The position numbers and the translations under genes are program-made. The notes beneath the pieces were generated by a model that was not told where the DNA came from, did no database searches, and saw only the letters and a list, made by a program, of their open reading frames with translations. A stretch of 44,930 nucleotides of DNA, taken from sequence record SRR31156797_4875; one strand, 5' to 3'. Shown here piece after piece: positions 18,984 through 28,057 of this stretch. Numbering within the stretch: the stretch's first letter is position 1; the number at the start of each line of letters is the position of its first letter.

Positions 18984-19532
18984 ATGAACTACAAATATTT
19001 CAAAGCAATTATACTTTTAATGCTATTCATTTATAGCTCTAGTATATCATCACAAAAAGGCATTAATTACTCACACAAAGCAATTGTCAAAGAGATAGAT
19101 AAAAAATGGGGATTGGGTATTGATGTTTTACACGAGCTCAATATTAATTCATTTCAAGGCAAGTTTTTTTCTTTGAAAGACAATAAAAATTCCTTTATCT
19201 ATATAGGAAGAGTAAATAGTTGCAGAGCAGGAGGATGTTCAATTCAAGGCAATACAGATGAACCATCAGAATATTTTGACTATTTTATTTTTTTTAATGC
19301 AGATGCAAATGTGGAATTAGTTAAAGTATTTAATTACGCTGCCACACATGGTCATGAAGTAATGGCTAAAGGATGGCTCAAACAGTTTAGTGGTCACAAT
19401 TCAAACAATAGCCTTGAAGTAGGTAAAAATATTGACGCCATATCCGGAGCTACCATATCTGTTCAGTCCTTAACAAAGGATATTAAAGAAAAAACAGAAC
19501 TTCTGCATCAACATATTCAAGCTAAACTTTGA
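18984..19532 (+). CDS. Exported FMN-binding domain protein (flavinylation target)
   Basis: Signal peptide and WLKQFSG...IDAISGATIS, carrying the [S/T]GA[S/T] motif at 19443-19454. Confidence 0.85.
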   Translation: MNYKYFKAIILLMLFIYSSSISSQKGINYSHKAIVKEIDKKWGLGIDVLHELNINSFQGKFFSLKDNKNSFIYIGRVNSCRAGGCSIQGNTDEPSEYFDYFIFFNADANVELVKVFNYAATHGHEVMAKGWLKQFSGHNSNNSLEVGKNIDAISGATISVQSLTKDIKEKTELLHQHIQAKL

Positions 19533-19648
19533 TTTATTCCGCTCCCTAAGTATTTCTCTTTTTTGAAAACTATATTCATTACCTCCAAAACAACTCACTA
19601 AAAATCATTCTAAATTAGTAGTTAGAGTATGAATAAACCATTCATCAT

Positions 19649-19674
19649 TGAAACAATTGTATTCCTCAAACGTT
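19649..19674 (+). promoter_or_regulatory. ECF-sigma-like promoter TGAAAC-N16-CGTT
   Basis: TGAAAC 19649-19654, 16-nt spacer, CGTT 19671-19674. Also forms the inverted repeat TGAAAC-N17-GTTTCA. Confidence 0.4.
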
Positions 19675-19842
19675 TCATTTAATATCGGTATAACTTATTA
19701 TTTTTATTGAATTGATACCCGTACAAAAACGTTAGTAGGCGTTAAATAATTATTAAAATTTGTTATTTACCCCATTTTTTAGACGTCAATTGGCTATATT
19801 TATACAAAATAACTAGTATTAACCTCGTAAAATTTAAAAATT

Positions 19843-20046
19843 ATGACAAAAGAAGCAGAAAGAATTGATCGGAGTCCTAGCATGGAAGATAAAATTATCA
19901 CCTTCGTTAGTGAAAAACAACCAGTACACATTGGTGAAATTTTTAAAAGCTTGAGAATCTCACACACAAAAGGTATGAATTTCGTGATTTCGATGATTAA
20001 CCAAGGTAAACTTTCTTATGCAGAGCACAATCAAGTACACATCTAG
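19843..20046 (+). CDS. Small stand-alone protein, probable winged helix-turn-helix
   Basis: 67 aa, EDKIITFVSEKQPVHIGEIFKSLRIS...VISMINQGKL helix pattern. A-rich leader and its own terminator. Confidence 0.6.
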   Translation: MTKEAERIDRSPSMEDKIITFVSEKQPVHIGEIFKSLRISHTKGMNFVISMINQGKLSYAEHNQVHI

Positions 20047-20087
20047 GAGCTTTGGCCAGGAGAACAAAGGCTCTTTAAGACCTCACT

Positions 20088-20127
20088 GAACTTCCCCTCA
20101 TTATAATATATGTCGGGAAGTTTTTTT
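20088..20127 (+). terminator. Rho-independent terminator of the small ORF
   Basis: GAACTTCCC 20088-20096 / GGGAAGTTT 20115-20123 plus T-run. Confidence 0.65.
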
Positions 20128-20144
20128 ATGCCTTTTTTTAAATA

Positions 20145-20172
20145 AAAAACCTCTTCCTACAAAAGAAAGAGG
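20145..20172 (-). terminator. Rho-independent terminator of the peptidase gene
   Basis: CCTCTTCCT/AGAAAGAGG stem (G-U on the minus strand), preceded by an A-run on the + strand. Confidence 0.65.
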
Positions 20173-20194
20173 CTATTCTATAGCATATAGAATT

Positions 20195-20890
20195 CTATTC
20201 ATCCATACCTACATATTGCAGAATATAATAAATCAAAGTAACCAAAGAAGACAAAGCTGCAACCACATATGTATAGGCCGCCCATTTCAACGCATCCTTT
20301 GCTCCATTATACGCCATTCCTGTTACCACACCAGCATTATTCAACCAAGTTACAGCCCTTTGTGAAGCATTTATCTCTACAGGCAAGGTGATTAATGAAA
20401 ACAAGGTAAACACAGCATAACATGAAATGATAATCTGCAATGCTAACTTATACGGTAAGATTCCGGGCAATAGCATACCTCCAAAAATCAAAACCATAAA
20501 AATAACATTTAGAACTGTAGCACTTACGTTTTGAATTGGCACTAATGCAGATCTCATTTCCAAAGGCGCATAACCTTGTGCATGCTGCACAGCATGACCT
20601 GATTCATGCGCTGCCACAGCAGCTGCTGACACATGCCTTCCTGAATATACCTCTGGACTTAAATTTACAGTCCTGTTAGCAGGATTATAATGATCGGACA
20701 ATTGTCCTGGAACAGAAATCACCTGTACATCATAAATGCCATGATCGCGAAGCATCTTTTCGGCAACTTCCTTCCCACTCAGACCATAACCAATTGGCAC
20801 CTTTGAGTACTTCCTAAACTTGCTTTTTAAAGTTGAACTGACAATCCAACTCAGCAACAAAAAACCAACAAATATGATTATTAATCCCAT
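20195..20890 (-). CDS. Membrane zinc metallopeptidase, YugP-like
   Basis: GQLSDHYNP, AAHESGHAVQH (HExxH), TLPVEINASQRA and AAYTYV. Confidence 0.92.
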   Translation of the reverse strand: MGLIIIFVGFLLLSWIVSSTLKSKFRKYSKVPIGYGLSGKEVAEKMLRDHGIYDVQVISVPGQLSDHYNPANRTVNLSPEVYSGRHVSAAAVAAHESGHAVQHAQGYAPLEMRSALVPIQNVSATVLNVIFMVLIFGGMLLPGILPYKLALQIIISCYAVFTLFSLITLPVEINASQRAVTWLNNAGVVTGMAYNGAKDALKWAAYTYVVAALSSLVTLIYYILQYVGMDE

Positions 20891-20931
20891 AATATTACAA
20901 TTTAAAATTATCTAATTACACAAACCAATAC

Positions 20932-20946
20932 TCAAAAAGTTTGCCA
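20932..20946 (-). promoter_or_regulatory. Sigma54-like -24/-12 promoter
   Basis: Minus strand TGGCAAACTTTTTGA (GG-N10-GA, variant -12), about 40 nt upstream of ATG 20890. Confidence 0.45.
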
Positions 20947-20954
20947 ATTACATT

Positions 20955-23900
20955 TTATGATACGATAGGAAATTCTACAATAAATGATGCTCCAAAACCA
21001 CTGACACTTTCGCAGGAAATTCTGCCATTCATGACATCGACATACTTTTTAACGATATATAAACCCAGACCCGATGTAGGCAAATCATCATTCATATTCT
21101 GAAGCTTGCTATACTTCTCAAAAACCTTTTCTTTTTCTTCTTCCGTTAACCCCGGACCTTTATCATGCACTTCAATTTTTATTCTCTCCTGATCTTTTAT
21201 TGCAATAACCCGTACCTCTTGTCCTTCAGGCGAAAAACGAATTGCATTTGACATGAGGTTTTCAAGTATTTTAACCAACAGGTTCATATCCAGATTCACT
21301 TCCGTTTCTTTCCCGCTTATAATAACATTGATGTTTTTATCTTTGGAATACATTTCCAAACCATTGGCAACTTCTTTAATTACTGCAATTAACTCAAAAG
21401 GCTCAGGTGTATAGCTATAAAACTCGTTCTCTATATTTCTTACTTCTAATACTTTATTTACAATCTCATTTTGCTGCCTTAAACTACTTAACATTTCATT
21501 TAAGAAACACTTTTGTTCACTTGTACAATTATCGGATTCTTGCATAAAAGTTTGCATTCTACCTATTGCATGATTTAATGGTTGCTGAATTCCTTTTACA
21601 AAAAGATTAAACAATTGGTTTTTATCCAGATTCATCTCCTCTAACAACTGTTTTTGCTTATCCAATAAATCTTTTTCACCTAACACCCCTTCATGCTTAT
21701 CGATTAAAGCCTTTTGCTCATCCACCAAATTCTGAAACTTATTCGCATTATCAAAAGCAATAGAAGCATAATTAGCAATATTCTTAATAAAATTAAAGTG
21801 ATAATCTGTATAAGCATTCTTCTTTAAACTCTGCACAGAAACAACTCCAATTATCTCATGTGCAGTTCTAAGAGGCACATATATTACCGATTCAGTTTCA
21901 GCTCCTGTAGGCACAGGTCTCACTTCTGAAATAAATTTCTTATACTCCTCATAAAAATTATTTATAAAAACATCTCTTTCGTGAGTAAAGGCATAAACAG
22001 CTAAACGTTCTTTATCTTCGATTAAGTAACGGGTAAACGGCTGCCTTTCTCCCTTTAAGTAGGCATGAGTAAAATCAATTGACTTTTCCTCCGGATTAAA
22101 CAAGCCAACAGAAAAAACATCGGAACTCATAACCTTAGAAACTGCACTATACAACAATTCTGCGATTCTATCGAGTGACAAATTGGATGTAACCAATTGA
22201 CCAATTCGCGTTAACCTTTCTATATCCTGATTTGCTGAGCTTAAAGAGTCAGCCTGCCGCTCGAGCATCTCTTTCTGTTCTTCCAGAATATTAGCTTTGT
22301 TATTTATTTCAGCCTGTTGCTTTTGTATTTCCAGCTTTTTTTGTGCTAGTCTGGATTCTAACTCTCGCTTAATATCCTTTTCCTTATTTATTCTTAATCG
22401 TATCACCCACATAAAAACACCAAGTAAAATAAGAACTCCTAATATTTTTATGATTAGGTACTGGTACCATGCGGGTTTTATCTCAAAACTATAATTATCA
22501 CCTTCCTCATTCCATACTCCATCATTATTACAAGCTATAACTTTAAATGTATAGTTACCCGGTTGAAGCGATGGATAGAAAGCCATGTTAAAGTCGTTTT
22601 CAGGAGACCATTCCTGCTCTATAGGCTCTAACTTCCATTTGTATTTTGTTTTTTCCGGAACAGTATAACACAATGCATCAAACACAAAAGCTATGTGGTT
22701 ATTTTTAGATGAAAGATTAAGGTTTTGAGGTAATTCAAACCAAGTCGATAAAGAGTCATATTCAAAACCAAGTGTATCCGATTCCCAATCTGGCTTTTTA
22801 AAATCGAGTAATATTTTTCGAATATGCACAGGAGGTTCAAGGTAATTGATTCTTTCGGCCTCTGGATTATACATCATAGCTCCTTTTATAGTTCCAAACC
22901 ACAAACGCCCTTCCTTATCTAACAAATTACACCCTCCATTATTTTCTATTCCAATAAAACCATCATCTTTATCAAAGTTTTGAATAGACACAACTTCACC
23001 AGAATTCTCAATAGTTAATTTATCAACACCATTTTGAGTTCCTGCCCAAATATTTCCTTCAACGTCTGCAATTACTGAATAAATATTATCAGATTTAACT
23101 CCTTTTGTTTTATCAAAATAAGTAAAATGCTCGCCATCAAAGCGATTTAACCCACCTGTAAATGTAGCGAACCAAATATTACCTGCCTTATCCTCGGCTG
23201 TTTGTAACACCCATGCTGAATTCAACTGATCGCGATCATTATAGTGCGTAAACTTTTCATGATCGTATTTATAGACTCCTTTTGTTGTAGAAACCCATAA
23301 ATTATGTTGAGAATCTATAAATAAGTTGGTAATAAAAGTAGATTTGAGACCTGAATTTGCCGGCTTAATCCATTCTTTTTTTCCGTAATGATATTTTAAA
23401 AGTCCTACCCCATATACAGCGATCCATAAAGCATCTTCATTTTTTATCATATCCACAACAGGAGCAGCATCCCTTAGTCCATAATACGTTGATATATTTT
23501 TAAACTGCTTATGATCATACAAAAACAGACCCGACAAAGTACCTATTAACAAATGCCCGTTTTCAAGTTCAACCATTTTACGAGCTTGTCCCATTTGAAT
23601 ATCTGAAGAACTCTTCAGCATATTCACGCGATGACCATCATACATTGAAATCGTATTGTTATCATCTCCCATGTAAATATTTCTCTTACTATCCTGAAAA
23701 ATCGCCCTTACAATATCTCCTCCGAGCCCACTTTCCTTATTAAAAGAAATAAATTTATCACCTCCATATTTAAACAAACCAGAACCGCTTGTTCCAAACC
23801 ACATATTCCCCTCTCTATCCTCTCCAAACGAGGTAACCAATGAAGTATTTAAACCATTCGCTTTATTAAAAATTTTAAATTCACCGTTTTTATACCATAC

Positions 23901-24746
23901 AATACCTCCAGAAGCAACAGCTATCCACACTCCTCCATCTCGGTCTTCATGCACTCTAAATACCCGATCTAGAGGAAATTCCTCAGGCCAATTCACTTTT
24001 TTTACAGTTCCATCAAAGCTTAGTTGCACGAGTTCTGACTCCATATTTTGCATAGAGAAAGATAAGGACCAGATATTTCTATACTTATCTTGCAATAAAG
24101 GCACTAAAACGCGATCCTCAATCGCGTAATCTTTCTTTATGGTAGAAGATTTTAAAACACCTCCTTCTATTTCATAAATACCTTCATTGGTAGAAAGCAA
24201 TAGTTTTTTAGCCCCCAATTTTGTTACGAAAAAAATTCTTTTTCCATCTAATTCTTCTTGATACTTACGAGTGAAATTAATAATACTATCACCATTAAAC
24301 TGATAGATCGCCCTCTTACCTGTCACCTCCCTTACAACAGCCCAAACAGAACCGTCTATAGTTTCCAAAAATTGCATTCTATCCTGAAAGAGAGCTGTAT
24401 CTGACTGAATAAAGTGCTTAAATTGTGCACCATCATATTTTGTTATTCCTTTGGGTGATCCTATCCAAAGGTCATAATTTATATCGCTATAAAGACCCAT
24501 AATCAAGTCTTCCTGCAAACCATCCTTTTTCGTAAATACTTCAAAGTCCTTTCCATTAAATCTACACAAACCTCCTCCATTAGTACCAATCCATAAATAC
24601 CCAAACTGATCTTCAGCAATATCATTCACCTCGGATTGAGGTAAACCTTCCTCAAGCGAATACTGTCGAAAAAAGTGATGTTGGCCATTTAGCCAAAATG
24701 GAATAACTAATAACAGCAGTATAATATGTATAAAAACTAACTTCAT
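20955..24746 (-). CDS. Beta-propeller (Reg_prop)/YYY/TM/GAF sensor kinase-like protein with degenerate H-box
   Basis: Many WIGT.GGGL/WFGT repeats, YYY domain, TM, coiled coil, GAF (SVIYVPL..IGVVSVQS..NAY), intact HATPase boxes. H-box reads FVKGIQQPL. Alternative GTG start at 24752. Confidence 0.88.
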   Translation of the reverse strand: MKLVFIHIILLLLVIPFWLNGQHHFFRQYSLEEGLPQSEVNDIAEDQFGYLWIGTNGGGLCRFNGKDFEVFTKKDGLQEDLIMGLYSDINYDLWIGSPKGITKYDGAQFKHFIQSDTALFQDRMQFLETIDGSVWAVVREVTGKRAIYQFNGDSIINFTRKYQEELDGKRIFFVTKLGAKKLLLSTNEGIYEIEGGVLKSSTIKKDYAIEDRVLVPLLQDKYRNIWSLSFSMQNMESELVQLSFDGTVKKVNWPEEFPLDRVFRVHEDRDGGVWIAVASGGIVWYKNGEFKIFNKANGLNTSLVTSFGEDREGNMWFGTSGSGLFKYGGDKFISFNKESGLGGDIVRAIFQDSKRNIYMGDDNNTISMYDGHRVNMLKSSSDIQMGQARKMVELENGHLLIGTLSGLFLYDHKQFKNISTYYGLRDAAPVVDMIKNEDALWIAVYGVGLLKYHYGKKEWIKPANSGLKSTFITNLFIDSQHNLWVSTTKGVYKYDHEKFTHYNDRDQLNSAWVLQTAEDKAGNIWFATFTGGLNRFDGEHFTYFDKTKGVKSDNIYSVIADVEGNIWAGTQNGVDKLTIENSGEVVSIQNFDKDDGFIGIENNGGCNLLDKEGRLWFGTIKGAMMYNPEAERINYLEPPVHIRKILLDFKKPDWESDTLGFEYDSLSTWFELPQNLNLSSKNNHIAFVFDALCYTVPEKTKYKWKLEPIEQEWSPENDFNMAFYPSLQPGNYTFKVIACNNDGVWNEEGDNYSFEIKPAWYQYLIIKILGVLILLGVFMWVIRLRINKEKDIKRELESRLAQKKLEIQKQQAEINNKANILEEQKEMLERQADSLSSANQDIERLTRIGQLVTSNLSLDRIAELLYSAVSKVMSSDVFSVGLFNPEEKSIDFTHAYLKGERQPFTRYLIEDKERLAVYAFTHERDVFINNFYEEYKKFISEVRPVPTGAETESVIYVPLRTAHEIIGVVSVQSLKKNAYTDYHFNFIKNIANYASIAFDNANKFQNLVDEQKALIDKHEGVLGEKDLLDKQKQLLEEMNLDKNQLFNLFVKGIQQPLNHAIGRMQTFMQESDNCTSEQKCFLNEMLSSLRQQNEIVNKVLEVRNIENEFYSYTPEPFELIAVIKEVANGLEMYSKDKNINVIISGKETEVNLDMNLLVKILENLMSNAIRFSPEGQEVRVIAIKDQERIKIEVHDKGPGLTEEEKEKVFEKYSKLQNMNDDLPTSGLGLYIVKKYVDVMNGRISCESVSGFGASFIVEFPIVS

Positions 24747-24865
24747 AAACACAATAATTTGAGCACCTGTAGTGTATTTACATTACAGACAAAACAGGCA
24801 AAAGATGCCCTCTTCCATAAAACTGAATGGATTTATTCAAAAGGATTAAATGACAATGAAAAAGA

Positions 24866-26374
24866 CTAAAACCTAAAATAAATAAAGGGCTTTATATCCA
24901 AAAGACTAAATTGATAAATAATTATTCCAAAAACAACAACTATTATCATCTTTATAACAACATTAGCCTTTAAAAGGTTGAATTTAAATAACCTTTCCAA
25001 CTCAAAAGGTAACCAATGTAACATATACCCTACAAACATGACTATAAATACATTTGAATAAGATAAGAAAAGCTCTTTAAAATCATACAAAGAAAATGCG
25101 CTAAACATTCTTATAAAAAACAGATGTAATGTTTCCAAATCCGGAGAACGAAAAACCACCCAGCTAAAAACAATAAAGTGAAAAGTAAATAAGAATCCCA
25201 CAAACCGGGAAATTTTAATTCGGGTGTTTTTCAATGCTCCCCAAAGCATTTTCTCAAATAACAATACCAGCCCATGCATGGCTCCCCAAATAATAAATAG
25301 CCAACCTGCTCCATGCCACAAACCACCCAACAACATAGTAAGCATCAAGTTAATACCTCTACGAATTGTACCATGCCTGTTCCCTCCGAAAGGAATATAC
25401 AGATAATCGCGCAACCATGAAGACAAAGAAATATGCCACCTACGCCAAAACTCAGTTACAGAAGTTGCCACATAAGGTAAATTAAAGTTATCTGGCAACT
25501 TAAATCCCAACAACAATGCAACTCCTATAGCAATATCAGTATATCCGGAAAAATCGCAATAAATTTGTAATGCATACCCATAAGCACCAATGAGCAACTC
25601 TATTCCACTGTACATCATAGGTGAGTCAAAAACACGATCAACCAGGTTTACAGACAAAAAATCAGAGATAACCATTTTTTTAAACAACCCTCCCATTATT
25701 AGCCATACTGCAGACCAAAATCTTTTTTCAGACAAAACAAACTTTTGATGCAATTGAGGAATAAACTCCCATGCTCTTACAATAGGTCCTGCAACCAACT
25801 GAGGAAAGAAAGATACATAAAAACCAAAGTCTAAAATATTTTTAACGGGTTGAATTCGGTTCCTATAAACATCCACCGAATAACTAATGGTTTGAAACGT
25901 AAAAAAGGAAATTCCGACAGGCAATATTATAGATGAAACCTCAAGCTTAGTATTAAAAAAGTGATTTGTAAATAACGAAAAATAGTTTGCTACGTTTAGT
26001 TTATAACCCAAAGTTTGCTGAATAATATCTGCCACGAAATAACTATACTTAAAATATCCTAACATCCCAATATTTATATAAATACTGGTTACCAACAACA
26101 CTTTTCTCCATAGTCTCTTTCGAGAATAACCTATCCCCAGACCTATTGAATAATCTACGAGTGTTGAAAATAACAAAAGAAAAAAGTAATAACCGCCGGC
26201 TTTATAGTAGAAGAATATGCTGGCTAAAAACAAGAAGGCATTTCTTAAAACGCTCTTTTTAAATAATACAGCATTACCCAAAAGAACAACTCCATAAAAC
26301 AACCAAAACAGATAATGTGTAAATACAAATCCTGCGTTTGGGTCATATTTTAATATACTAATGAAGTGTTCCAA
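24866..26374 (-). CDS. MBOAT O-acyltransferase (AlgI/PatA-like)
   Basis: LPVGISFFTFQ, FFPQLVAGPI, DFSGYTD, EFWRRWHISLS and GLWHGA catalytic His. TTG start. Confidence 0.95.
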   Translation of the reverse strand: MEHFISILKYDPNAGFVFTHYLFWLFYGVVLLGNAVLFKKSVLRNAFLFLASIFFYYKAGGYYFFLLLFSTLVDYSIGLGIGYSRKRLWRKVLLVTSIYINIGMLGYFKYSYFVADIIQQTLGYKLNVANYFSLFTNHFFNTKLEVSSIILPVGISFFTFQTISYSVDVYRNRIQPVKNILDFGFYVSFFPQLVAGPIVRAWEFIPQLHQKFVLSEKRFWSAVWLIMGGLFKKMVISDFLSVNLVDRVFDSPMMYSGIELLIGAYGYALQIYCDFSGYTDIAIGVALLLGFKLPDNFNLPYVATSVTEFWRRWHISLSSWLRDYLYIPFGGNRHGTIRRGINLMLTMLLGGLWHGAGWLFIIWGAMHGLVLLFEKMLWGALKNTRIKISRFVGFLFTFHFIVFSWVVFRSPDLETLHLFFIRMFSAFSLYDFKELFLSYSNVFIVMFVGYMLHWLPFELERLFKFNLLKANVVIKMIIVVVFGIIIYQFSLLDIKPFIYFRF

Positions 26375-26483
26375 GCTTATTATTTGTGTAGCAGTTAAAA
26401 ATAATAATTTTATAGTAATTCGTTCTTACATTGGCTCACATTTTAAACCTATGGAGACAAGTAAAACAAAGCAATTAAACCCG

Positions 26484-27929
26484 TTATTGATTCACTGAAG
26501 TTAGAGAATCCTGTCTTTCTAACAAATATTCATTCATGATGGCATCATAAATCCAATCTGCCACTTTCTTCCCTCCTTGTTTATTAAAATGCGTATAATC
26601 AGACATTGCCAAACGCGGATCTTCATTTACCCACTTTAAAATAGACCCCTCTCCTCCCATGGCTTCAAACAAATCGAAAAATGCAAAACCAGCTTTAAAG
26701 GCGGCCTGTTTTTGGGCCTCTTTAATTTTAACAATATGCTTATAGGATTCTACCTTTCCTTCACTAAGCTTACCAACATCCCCAACTCCAACTACTATAA
26801 CTGGAACTCCCGGCATTGTTTTCTTCAGGATTTCCAATTGACGATAAAAAGTAATTCTATAAAAATTATAATCCTCAGTTACAGTAGGTACTATATTCGT
26901 TCCATACTGAAGTATCACCATCCCAATATTCATGTAATCAGCCATCGATTTAAATAAATATGTATCGGTCTTATCCAGACGCGGAGATGATTGCCCTCTC
27001 ATGGGAATATTGTCTACTGCAACACCACTTAAACTATCTAGACTTAATCCAAGAAACAGCGGACTTTCTTCCGACTCAAAATGCAGTTCAAATTTTCGTG
27101 GAGCCGTTTTAAAAGTCCAGTTAATTTCTGTCAGCTGATCATCCACTGACAGAGAATCGGTGCTTATCAATGTTCGTCCCCAAAATGCTTTTATAGCTAA
27201 CGGTTTGCTGATATTTTTAAGAAATAAACGCGATTTATAAAAGTGAGAAGCCTTAGGTAAAGCCATAGAAGATTGACTGATCATGACTGAAGATTCTCCA
27301 ATGGAATCAATTTTGGCTACCTTTCCCAAAATGCCATACTGATTGTTCACTATTAACCGAGGATATAAATATACTAGATGTTCACGCCAAACCCCTTGAT
27401 TGCTAATCCAAACCGACGGAAATTGCTTATGAGGATCATATAATGGCACCAGTCCGGGACCACTCCCTTTAAAATTCGTTTGAAACCTCTCTCTTAAATA
27501 TTTAGATATCCGATCTCCTTCTATCTGAGAATCTCCCATATGGAGTATTCGAATAACCTTTCCTGAATCATCGGCTGTTCTGATTTTATTATAAAACGAA
27601 TGCAACATTGACTGAAAGCCCAAGGGGTACTCAAGCTTATATGCATTAGAAAATTTTACAGAATCATTAAATACTCGAATAGTATCAACTTGCAAACTAT
27701 CCGTTTGTAGGCTATCCAACTCTATTGAACTGATTATTGTATCCGATTTTGAAATAACCCTTGAAGAATCTTCTCTTCTCTCTTGAAGTAAGCGTGAAAA
27801 TGGCAGCCATCTAATTTTATATTCTGACGACCCAAGTTGAAAACCTTCTTCGGGTATTAAATAACTGATAACTCCAAATGCCAAAAACACTATTAAATAA
27901 TACAAAAATATTTTAGCTGGTTTTAGCAT
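26484..27929 (-). CDS. Membrane-anchored SGNH/GDSL protein (PatB/AlgJ-like O-acetyltransferase or esterase)
   Basis: ILHMGDSQIEGD, QYGTN and DYTH motifs. N-terminal TM. Directly upstream of the MBOAT gene. Confidence 0.82.
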   Translation of the reverse strand: MLKPAKIFLYYLIVFLAFGVISYLIPEEGFQLGSSEYKIRWLPFSRLLQERREDSSRVISKSDTIISSIELDSLQTDSLQVDTIRVFNDSVKFSNAYKLEYPLGFQSMLHSFYNKIRTADDSGKVIRILHMGDSQIEGDRISKYLRERFQTNFKGSGPGLVPLYDPHKQFPSVWISNQGVWREHLVYLYPRLIVNNQYGILGKVAKIDSIGESSVMISQSSMALPKASHFYKSRLFLKNISKPLAIKAFWGRTLISTDSLSVDDQLTEINWTFKTAPRKFELHFESEESPLFLGLSLDSLSGVAVDNIPMRGQSSPRLDKTDTYLFKSMADYMNIGMVILQYGTNIVPTVTEDYNFYRITFYRQLEILKKTMPGVPVIVVGVGDVGKLSEGKVESYKHIVKIKEAQKQAAFKAGFAFFDLFEAMGGEGSILKWVNEDPRLAMSDYTHFNKQGGKKVADWIYDAIMNEYLLERQDSLTSVNQ

Positions 27930-28057
27930 TCTTATAAGCTATCTGTTGAAATAATAAAAAATCTGTTGACCAATATGCATAACAAGCATAATAAAAATTT
28001 CTCAAAATAACTGAAATTGGCTAAAAAAACTCAAGGAAAAGTAAACTCTTGAAATAC

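Noticed and set aside
19597-19615. Possible Fur-like box ACTAAAAATCATTCTAAAT
   Set aside because: Only one half-site matches well, the background is very AT-rich, and it lies downstream rather than upstream of the porin pair.
24765-24830. Three small tandem hairpins upstream of the pseudokinase
   Set aside because: Stems are short (4-9 bp) and the one informative wobble favours the non-coding strand, so they are not distinguishable from chance.
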